From positions 33,642 through 97,641 of the forward strand of contig JBBTRF010000001.1 of the NCBI GenBank assembly GCA_038065315.1: a stretch of DNA of 64,000 nucleotides. The letters run 5' to 3'. The position numbers and the translations under genes are program-made. Numbering within the stretch: position 1 is the first letter of the stretch; the number at the start of each line of letters is the position of its first letter. Below are positions 56,922 through 64,000 of the stretch, piece by piece. This DNA is from Patescibacteria group bacterium. Lineage in GTDB: Bacteria; Patescibacteriota; Minisyncoccia; Phycocordibacterales; JBBTRF01. The notes below the pieces were generated by a model. That model was not told the origin of the DNA, did no database searches, and was given only the letters and a program-made list of their open reading frames with translations.

Positions 56922-58823
56922 CTAGAGCAAGCTATCCGGATCAACCTTGATCGTCCAACGTGGCGACAGGCTCTGAAGACGCTCGATGAGCTGCGGTTTA
57001 GGCCACTCTTTTTTTGGCACCTTGATGAGTGCATGAAGGATTGATGTGCCATTCTTGCCCTTCACAAAAGATGGAAACACGTCCATTTCTTGATCGGCAA
57101 ACACAGTCTTCGCTCTGCTCATCTCGGCGACAATGTCGTCCTTCTTGCCTTCGATCGACAGCTTGATGAGCGTGCTGAAGGGCGGGTAGTGAAATGTTTT
57201 TCGCAAGGCGATCTCTTCGCGGTAGAAGTCGAGGATGTTGCCTTTCAATGCGTAGCCGAAGAGTGGTTGGTCGGGGTTACGGGTCTGCAGCAGGAGCATC
57301 TTCTGCGTGCAAGAGCGAATGTGAAGCAAAATGCTGAGCACTTTTTCGCTGATCTTGAAATCGGGGATAGAGAAGAGAGAGTCGATGGAAGCGATGGCGC
57401 TATTTTCGACGGGAGCATCCAAATACAAGAGCGCCATCTCCGTGCCGATCAAAATGCTACCAGGGGTGTCGTAAAACGCGGCGACCACCTTCGCGCCTTG
57501 CTTGTGCGTGGTGATGGAATCCCGATTGAGTGAGAAAATGTGCGCGTCAGGGACGATCTTGCGTATCTCCTCCTCGATTTTTTCTGTTCCCGCACCGAGC
57601 GTCACCAGCTTCCAGCTATCGCAATTGGTGCAACGCTCCTCGGCTGAACGTCGCTCGCCGCATTTGTGGCACAAAAAGAACGGGCCATTTTTCGAAGCGT
57701 GCAAGACCACAGGGCTCCGGCACTCACGACACACCACGATAGTGCCGCAGTCGCCGCAGATGGTGGTGGGTGACAGACCTTTGCGGGCGACGAAGACGAA
57801 GAGGTGTTCGTTGTTGCGCTGGTTGGCGCGCACGAGCTCGGCAAATTCATCGCTAATGATCTGATATTTTTTCGCAACACCATTGGCTGGCACTTCGGTT
57901 TTGTATCGGCGGAGGTCGGCGACGAAATATTCGCTGGTAGTGAGGGAGCGAAATTTGATTGGATATAATTCTTGGAATTCGCCGTTTTGGTAGCGGTGGA
58001 CAGTCTCGGTCTGCAAAAAGATATCGCCAAAGATGATTTTCGAACGCAGCTGCTTGGCGACGTATTCCGCAAAGGTACGGATATCGAGGTATGGCCGCTG
58101 TTGGGTTTTATATGAACGTGAACTCTCTTTCTCCACGATGATGGCACCAATATCTTTGCGTGGAAGCGATAAAAATGGCCCGGTGGCGATGATCAGTACC
58201 GGGTGATCGATGGCGAGCAGAGCTTTGCAGCGTTGCACCAACTCTTTTTTGCTGAGAGAGCCGTGGAGAATGAACGTGTATTCCTCGATACCTTTTTCGA
58301 GCTTTTTGGCGACAGCGTGAATGTCGTGGATGGTGGGCAGGCAGAAAAAGACCGAGCCTTTGCGTGCGAAGGTCTCGCGAATCAGGCTCTTGTAATGGCC
58401 GAAACGTTCTTCCTCGTCAGTCTGCAAGATGAAGGCTTCGTGGAGCGGCTGCTGACGACGGTCGGTGTGTGTGACGGGGAAGTCAGAGGGGTTTTCGGTA
58501 AGTGCCTTTGGAATGGTGGCGCTGAGGACGGCGCCGGTAGTAGTGGCGAAATAGGTTCCCGCACGTTTGGCAGCTTCGATGAATTCCGGGAGGAAGAAGG
58601 GTGCACTTTTGGTCGAGGAGAGTTTTTTCAACTCAAAAGAGGCGGATTTGATCTCCGATTTTAAATGTTCGGCGCTCTCGCAGGAGACGACCATACCAGA
58701 GACGGCACGTTTGTTGATCGGCACCGTGACGATCGAGCCGAGGACGATTGGCTCTGCGCTGAAATAGGAAAGCGTCTCTCGGCCAAGGCCTTTGGCGAAG
58801 GGGATAACATGGATGATCTGCAC
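56922..58823 (-). CDS. priA: Primosomal protein N' (PriA) with degenerate helicase ATPase motifs
   Basis: N-terminal 3'BD-like region; Cys4 zinc ribbon CGDCGTIVVCRECRSPVVLH...CHKCG...CTNC; the expected Walker A and DExH positions read QTDEEERF and IIVEKES. Confidence 0.8.
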   Translation of the reverse strand: MQIIHVIPFAKGLGRETLSYFSAEPIVLGSIVTVPINKRAVSGMVVSCESAEHLKSEIKSASFELKKLSSTKSAPFFLPEFIEAAKRAGTYFATTTGAVLSATIPKALTENPSDFPVTHTDRRQQPLHEAFILQTDEEERFGHYKSLIRETFARKGSVFFCLPTIHDIHAVAKKLEKGIEEYTFILHGSLSKKELVQRCKALLAIDHPVLIIATGPFLSLPRKDIGAIIVEKESSRSYKTQQRPYLDIRTFAEYVAKQLRSKIIFGDIFLQTETVHRYQNGEFQELYPIKFRSLTTSEYFVADLRRYKTEVPANGVAKKYQIISDEFAELVRANQRNNEHLFVFVARKGLSPTTICGDCGTIVVCRECRSPVVLHASKNGPFFLCHKCGERRSAEERCTNCDSWKLVTLGAGTEKIEEEIRKIVPDAHIFSLNRDSITTHKQGAKVVAAFYDTPGSILIGTEMALLYLDAPVENSAIASIDSLFSIPDFKISEKVLSILLHIRSCTQKMLLLQTRNPDQPLFGYALKGNILDFYREEIALRKTFHYPPFSTLIKLSIEGKKDDIVAEMSRAKTVFADQEMDVFPSFVKGKNGTSILHALIKVPKKEWPKPQLIERLQSLSPRWTIKVDPDSLL

Positions 58824-58876
58824 ATACCTATAGTAGCTGTTGCATCGACAAAAAGGAAGTTCCGCCTTACAATCGT

Positions 58877-60232
58877 GTGATGCATAGAGATTGCTTGATT
58901 ATCGAGGGATTGGCAGGAAAAAAGTCGCTGAAAGGGAAGGTGCAGATTAATGGCGCCAAAAATGCCGTACTCAAGGCCATGGCGGCGAGTGTGCTGTTTG
59001 CCGATGAATTGGTGATTGCGAACGCGCCGGATACCGAGGATGTGAAAAAACTCGCACATTTGTTGCACTTGGCCGGTGCAGAGGTGTCGATGGACGCGGC
59101 AAAAAAAGAAATTCGCATCAATGCTTCGACGATTGTTTCCACCGATCTTGACCACGAGACTACCAAAGCAATGCGAGGCTCGGTGATGCTCACTGGCCCG
59201 CTGCTCGCACGTTTCGGCAAGGTATCTTTCAATGTTCCTGGCGGTTGCGTGATCGGTGCGCGGCCGATCGACCTGTATATTGATGCCTACAAAAAGCTCG
59301 GCGCGAAGGTGGTGGTGAGCGGTGATCATTACACAATCGATGTCGGTCAAGAGAAAAATCTTGTCGGCGCGGAGATCTTCTTTGCGTTGCAGACCGTGGG
59401 TGGCACTGAAACTTTGATGATGGCCTCGGTATTGGCGAAAGGTACGACCGTTTTGAAAAATTGTGCGATGGAGCCGGAGATCGTGAGTCTCGCTGAATTT
59501 TTGGTGCAGTGCGGTGCGAAGATTTCGGGAATTGGTTCGCCGACCATGACCATTGTTGGCGTAGGTCTTTTGAATGCCGATGGCAAAAAGTATCACACGA
59601 TCCCTGATCGCATTGAGGCGGGAAGTTTCTTGTTGCTTGGTGCGCTGTGTGCAGATGATTTGCTCATCGAGCGTTGCAACCCGCTTCATCTTGAGTCGGT
59701 CACTTCGGCTTTGCAGAATGCCGGCGTGCTTCTGGTGATCGGCAAAGACTCAATTTATATTACAGCTAATGCGAAGACGAAATGGGCCAATGTTTCCAGC
59801 TTCAGTGTGCGGACTCATGAGTATCCAGGGTTTCCGACCGACCTACAGCCGCAGATGGTGGCGTTTCTTGCGCACACGGCAGGCGAGGGGATTATGTTTG
59901 AGACGATCTATGAAGGACGATTTAAATATGTGCAGGACCTCATCCGTATGGGCGCCGATATCACCGAAATGAATCCGCGAGAGGTGTTGGTGCGAGGGTT
60001 TGGTGGCGAAGATGCGACTCAAAAAAATGGCGAAACAAAAATGCTGCTTGCGCTCGGCAAAGATGAACCGTTACAGGCACACGACATTCGCGCCGGCTTT
60101 GCGGTGGTGATGGCGGCTTTGGTGGCGAAAGGCACTTCGGTAATCCAGAATGCTTACTACATCGATCGCGGGTACGAGAAGCTCGAAGAGCGCCTCGCTG
60201 CGCTCGGCGCCACTATTCGACGGGAGAAATAG
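58877..60232 (+). CDS. murA: UDP-N-acetylglucosamine 1-carboxyvinyltransferase
   Basis: Full-length EPSP-synthase-fold MurA homology (INGAKNAVL..., active-site Cys loop region). Confidence 0.9.
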   Translation: MMHRDCLIIEGLAGKKSLKGKVQINGAKNAVLKAMAASVLFADELVIANAPDTEDVKKLAHLLHLAGAEVSMDAAKKEIRINASTIVSTDLDHETTKAMRGSVMLTGPLLARFGKVSFNVPGGCVIGARPIDLYIDAYKKLGAKVVVSGDHYTIDVGQEKNLVGAEIFFALQTVGGTETLMMASVLAKGTTVLKNCAMEPEIVSLAEFLVQCGAKISGIGSPTMTIVGVGLLNADGKKYHTIPDRIEAGSFLLLGALCADDLLIERCNPLHLESVTSALQNAGVLLVIGKDSIYITANAKTKWANVSSFSVRTHEYPGFPTDLQPQMVAFLAHTAGEGIMFETIYEGRFKYVQDLIRMGADITEMNPREVLVRGFGGEDATQKNGETKMLLALGKDEPLQAHDIRAGFAVVMAALVAKGTSVIQNAYYIDRGYEKLEERLAALGATIRREK

Positions 60233-60324
60233 TCCCACGTCTTCATTTTTTCTTGATTCTTTTTTGATTGTTCCTTTAGCACTTTTTAGCAGTTTCTCTA
60301 TCACCCTTTTGCTAGGCTTATTGG

Positions 60325-60744
60325 GTGGAAAACGATCGGAAACATACTGAAATAGGATACAAGAAAGATTTCGACGCATGGAATGCGCTGCAGATACGAA
60401 TTCACTCTGATTTCAAGGGGAATGCGTTTGTTCAGGGTGAGGTGTGGTTGGCCTATCTCGGTGTGAACATCGGCCGTGAGCAAGATGGACCACCCCCAGC
60501 TTTTCTACGTCCAGTTCTGATTATCAAAAGATGCAATCAAAGGTTGTGTTGGATACTGCCACTTACACGCCAACGTCCAAAATATCTAACGCATCACGAA
60601 ATTACACGTGTCGGTGAGCCGCCTAGTTTTGTCGTATTTGAACACCTCCGTTCGGTCGACTCCCGTCGTCTCAAAAAGAAGTTGTTCCAATTGGCTGCGG
60701 AAGAGGTCGAGGCGATACGAAAACGCCTCAGAGATTTGCTCTGA
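60325..60744 (+). CDS. PemK/MazF-family toxin-like protein with ~45-aa N-terminal extension (no adjacent antitoxin)
   Basis: GEVWLAYLGVNIGREQDG...RPVLII resembles Kid/PemK GEIWLVSLDPTAGHEQQGTRPVLIV; downstream ILPLT and SFVVFEHLRSVDSRRL blocks. Confidence 0.6.
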   Translation: MENDRKHTEIGYKKDFDAWNALQIRIHSDFKGNAFVQGEVWLAYLGVNIGREQDGPPPAFLRPVLIIKRCNQRLCWILPLTRQRPKYLTHHEITRVGEPPSFVVFEHLRSVDSRRLKKKLFQLAAEEVEAIRKRLRDLL

Positions 60745-60937
60745 GGCGTTTTCGGATTTGGCTCCGCACAGTTATTTCAGCGGAGGGGGCACACCCTCAC
60801 TTGAAGGTGGCCAAGGCATATTTGAAATGACAGCGAAACGCTCCTTCGAGCAGGTTCTGTCACTTGCAATCATATCCTACGACAAAAAAGCGTCAAGTTG
60901 CCGAATACGGCTGCTCGGCGTATGATAACGGCACATT

Positions 60938-61951
60938 ATGGCGCTTTTCACGAAGAAAATCGGTATTGACCTTGGCACGGCGAACACGCTCGTTTTTTTG
61001 CCTGGGAAGGGAATTGTGTTGAATGAGCCCTCGGTGGTGGCCGTGTCCGAGCAGGACAATCGCATTCTCGCGGTGGGTCTCGAAGCGAAGGCGATGATCG
61101 GTCGCACACCCGACAATATCATCGCGTATCGTCCGATGAAGGACGGCGTGATCGCGGACTATCGCGTGACCGAGGCGATGCTGCGCTACTACATGAACAA
61201 AGCGTTGGGGAAGTGGAATCTGCTCAAACCGGAAGTGATGATCTCCGTGCCGGCGGGCGTGACCTCGACTGAACGGCGAGCGGTGATCGAAGCGGCGATC
61301 AAGGCCGGCGCCAAAAATGCGTACGTCGTGAAGGAGCCGATCCTCGCGGCGATTGGCGCCGGCATTCCTATTTATGAAGCTCGCGGGCATATGGTGGTGG
61401 ATATTGGAGGTGGTACCACCGACGTGGCAGTGATCTCGCTTGGCGGCATCGTGTCTTCGACTTCAGTGAAGTGTGCAGGTAATCGTATCGACGCCGCTAT
61501 CGCCGACTATGTGAAGAAGACCTTCAACCTTTCGATCGGCGACAAAATGTCCGAAGATATCAAAATCAATATTGGTTCAGCGGTGCCTCTCGATGAAGAG
61601 CTGGTGATGGTGGTGAAGGGCCGTGATTTTATTACTGGTCTGCCGCGCACTGCCGAGGTGAAGACGAACGAGATCGTGAAAGCGATTGGCAAGGAACTCC
61701 GCGACATGATCAAGGCGATCAAAGATGTATTGCAGGAGACCCCGCCGGAGCTTTCGGCCGACATCATCGACAACGGCATCACGATGACCGGCGGCTCGAG
61801 CATGCTCCGCAATTTCCCCGAGCTCGTGTATCGCCGCACCGGTGTGAAAGCTGTGCTTGCGAAAGATGCTTTGTACTGTGTGGCGAAAGGCACCGGCATC
61901 GCCCTCGAACACCTCGACACCTACAAGAAATCGATTATTACAAAGCGGTAA
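60938..61951 (+). CDS. mreB: Rod shape-determining protein MreB
   Basis: Actin-fold motifs IGIDLGTANT, DIGGGTTD. Confidence 0.95.
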   Translation: MALFTKKIGIDLGTANTLVFLPGKGIVLNEPSVVAVSEQDNRILAVGLEAKAMIGRTPDNIIAYRPMKDGVIADYRVTEAMLRYYMNKALGKWNLLKPEVMISVPAGVTSTERRAVIEAAIKAGAKNAYVVKEPILAAIGAGIPIYEARGHMVVDIGGGTTDVAVISLGGIVSSTSVKCAGNRIDAAIADYVKKTFNLSIGDKMSEDIKINIGSAVPLDEELVMVVKGRDFITGLPRTAEVKTNEIVKAIGKELRDMIKAIKDVLQETPPELSADIIDNGITMTGGSSMLRNFPELVYRRTGVKAVLAKDALYCVAKGTGIALEHLDTYKKSIITKR

Positions 61952-61974
61952 TCTGCGCTAATTTTTATACATAC

Positions 61975-62673
61975 ATGAGCCAGTATCTCCTCGCTCACAT
62001 CCACCTCGAGACGCTTCATCACGCCTACTGCCTTCATGGCTCGAATGATCTTGCACGTTTTTTTATTTTCCTTGAAGAGCATCTGAATATTCCGACCCAC
62101 GGCAACCCAGATTTTTGGCATGGACAATTTGAGTCGCTAGGAATTGATGAAGCTCGCACGATCAAAGAGATGCAACAGCGCTCCGCAGCTAATGTTGGTG
62201 CGAAGAAAGTGTTCGTAATCTACACTGACACGATCACACATGAAGCGCAGAATGCGTTGCTCAAAGTGCTTGAGGAGCCGACACCCGATACACACTTTTT
62301 TCTGCTGATGCCATCTGTTGAGGTGTTGTTGCCGACGTTGCGTTCGCGACTCGTGATCATGCCTGCCGGTTCGCACAGGGTTGATGCCGACGGGTCGACC
62401 GAAGAGAAAGACGCAGTAAAAATTGCGGAACAATTCCTTGCCTCATCAAAAGGGAAGCGGATGGCACTAGTGAAGACGATTGCCGAAGAAAAAGACAAAC
62501 GCGGTGCGCGGGCCCTCGTTGACGCACTTCTAAAGAACCTCTCAAAAAGTACTCAAGAGACGCAGGTGCACCGCAAGGATCTTGAGGCTTTGCTCGAGAT
62601 GCGTGGGTACCTCAATGATCGTTCGGCGAGCGTGAAGATGATTCTCGAATATCTCGCTCTGACCTTGAAGTGA
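61975..62673 (+). CDS. holB: DNA polymerase III delta-prime-like clamp-loader subunit
   Basis: AAA+ fold with degenerate Walker A (HAYCLHGSND), sensor region KVLEEPT, SRL arginine finger (TLRSRL). Confidence 0.7.
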   Translation: MSQYLLAHIHLETLHHAYCLHGSNDLARFFIFLEEHLNIPTHGNPDFWHGQFESLGIDEARTIKEMQQRSAANVGAKKVFVIYTDTITHEAQNALLKVLEEPTPDTHFFLLMPSVEVLLPTLRSRLVIMPAGSHRVDADGSTEEKDAVKIAEQFLASSKGKRMALVKTIAEEKDKRGARALVDALLKNLSKSTQETQVHRKDLEALLEMRGYLNDRSASVKMILEYLALTLK

Positions 62674-62720
62674 TCAAGGTGGCCAGTCGAATTGGCAGGG
62701 TGTCTGACAGTGAAGTTTCA

Positions 62721-62775
62721 TACGTGCGGATTTGTCATACGAAAGTATGAGAAAAGTATGAAAAATCCGCACGTA
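62721..62775. repeat. Palindromic intergenic repeat element, copy C
   Basis: tacgtgcggatttgtcatacgaaagtatgagaaaagtatgaaaaatccgcacgta is the reverse complement of copy A with a few substitutions. Confidence 0.85.
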
Positions 62776-62990
62776 CTCAAAAGAGCCTCAACAGAGGGCT
62801 TTTTTGTTGTTCATCTGCCCACATCCGGCGGCATGGCCAAGCTATTGACAAATAGCTTCATTTGTGCGAGAATAAAGCAAGTTCGCCAAACCTTGAAATC
62901 TTGGCGGCTCAGCCTAAAACAGGGGGTTTCACCTAATCGGCCGTTGTTCGGTCGGCTCTCTGTGGCGGTTGTGTGTGGCACTTTGTAATT

Positions 62991-63539
62991 ATGAAATTGA
63001 ACCTTGTCGGTATCGGCCGCGGCCTCTTTCGCCGCGGGTTCCTCGCTCTCATCCTCCTCGCCTTCGTCGTCGCACCCTTCACCGGCTGCGTCACGATGTC
63101 CGAGGGCGGCAGCGAAACTCTCTATGTGTCGGTGGACGAAAAGAACGCGAGGATCTACCTCAACGACGTTCTTCTCTCGCCGAATTCATACGCCGCGATC
63201 AGGCTCTCGAAGCGCGGCGGGCCCTACCGGCTCACGGCGCGGAAGATTGGCTTCCACGACAAGAACGCCACGGTCACCTCGCGCGTCAATTGGCGCCGCA
63301 CAGGTGTTCAGTTCCTGGACAATTTGTTTGGGGTGGTCAAGATGGCGTCGTTTGTCGTCGAGGCCAGCACGGGCGGGCTCAAGCAGCTCGACGAGCATAG
63401 CGTGCGACTCGAACTCACTCCACTGAATCAGCCTCCCACCCCGCAGTCATCGACGACAGATAATCGTCGAGATCCCGTCGGTGACCTTCAGCGATGGCGC
63501 TCCGCGGGCAACCCCGGCTACCCACCTGACTGGAAGTAA
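62991..63539 (+). CDS. Putative lipoprotein
   Basis: Signal peptide with lipobox-like FTGC; P/T-rich C-terminus. Confidence 0.5.
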   Translation: MKLNLVGIGRGLFRRGFLALILLAFVVAPFTGCVTMSEGGSETLYVSVDEKNARIYLNDVLLSPNSYAAIRLSKRGGPYRLTARKIGFHDKNATVTSRVNWRRTGVQFLDNLFGVVKMASFVVEASTGGLKQLDEHSVRLELTPLNQPPTPQSSTTDNRRDPVGDLQRWRSAGNPGYPPDWK

Positions 63540-63647
63540 CTCTCCATCCTCCGTGAGAAGGAAGTCTCACTCAAGCCCCAGCGACCACGTGTTGCTCGGG
63601 CTTTTCTTTTTGCGCGACCGTTTAAATTTTGTTATGATTGCTCCACT

Positions 63648-64000
63648 ATGGCATACAATTTCGCTCCGTTTAAAGACAAGATCAAGCACACCGAAGATTG
63701 GCTTCGCAAGGAATACACTGCTATCCGTACTGGTCAGGCGAGCCCTGCTGTGCTCGACAATGTGATGGTGGAATCATATGGCTCAATGATGCCGGTTTCG
63801 CAAGTGGCGAGCATTGCGATCGAGGATTCGAAGTCGCTGCGAGTCGCGCCGTGGGACGCATCGCTCATTAAAGAGATCGAGAAGGCATTGGTCGCTTCCG
63901 GCTTGGGCTTGTCGATCCGTACCGATGAGAAGGGTGTGCGAGCATCGTTCCCGGCTCTCACCGAAGAGCGTCGTACTGCCCTTATTAAATTGGCGAAAGA
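63648..64000 (+). CDS. frr: Ribosome recycling factor (3' end truncated by the window)
   Basis: MAYNFAPFKDKIKHTEDWLRKEYTAIRTGQASPAVLDNVMVESYGSMMPVSQVASI... matches the Frr N-terminus; runs off the window end. Confidence 0.85.
   Translation, partial: MAYNFAPFKDKIKHTEDWLRKEYTAIRTGQASPAVLDNVMVESYGSMMPVSQVASIAIEDSKSLRVAPWDASLIKEIEKALVASGLGLSIRTDEKGVRASFPALTEERRTALIKLAK

Noticed and set aside
1-64000. CRISPR array search
   Set aside because: The only recurring short repeats are the three dispersed palindromic elements (7063, 37468, 62721); they are not tandemly arrayed with spacers, so there is no CRISPR.

Overview
This 64 kb window reads as a chromosomal segment of a small-genome, probably uncultivated bacterium (CPR/Patescibacteria-like is inference only). 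A housekeeping backbone (smc, rnr, rpsP-KH-trmD, rpoB-rpoC-dnaG-rpoD, hisS, truB x2, typA, lexA, def-fmt, priA, murA, mreB, holB, frr, one tRNA-Asn) is interrupted by several AT-richer accessory patches. The clearest system is a complete diversity-generating retroelement (DGR) at about 31.9-34.6 kb. It comprises a target gene whose C-terminal 116-nt variable region (VR) is repeated 310 bp downstream as a template repeat (TR), with all 19 of the 116 positions that differ falling on TR adenines. An Avd-like four-helix-bundle gene sits on the opposite strand, and a DGR-type reverse transcriptase (LGNVTSQ / YCDD motifs) appears to start at a non-ATG codon. Other features worth a second look are listed below.

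- A family of near-identical palindromic intergenic elements (3 copies) sits next to terminators.
- An AT-rich island carries an APH-like kinase and a Schlafen/AlbA_2-HATPase_c_4 (COG2865) protein.
- A RhuM-family gene is preceded by a 25-bp perfect inverted repeat and followed by a UvrD-helicase/Cas4-like nuclease fusion; a truncated second RhuM copy lies elsewhere.
- Two tandem paralogs of an unrecognised family lie beside a DEDD exonuclease.
- An orphan MazF/PemK-like toxin, an orphan RHH protein, a PriA with degenerate ATPase motifs, and an RpoD with a lysine-rich N-tail are present.
- A Cheo-type LexA box overlaps a promoter upstream of lexA.
- A possible tRNA-Asn-linked island carries sortase, ECF sigma, LuxR and secreted proteins.

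No rRNA genes and no CRISPR arrays were seen.
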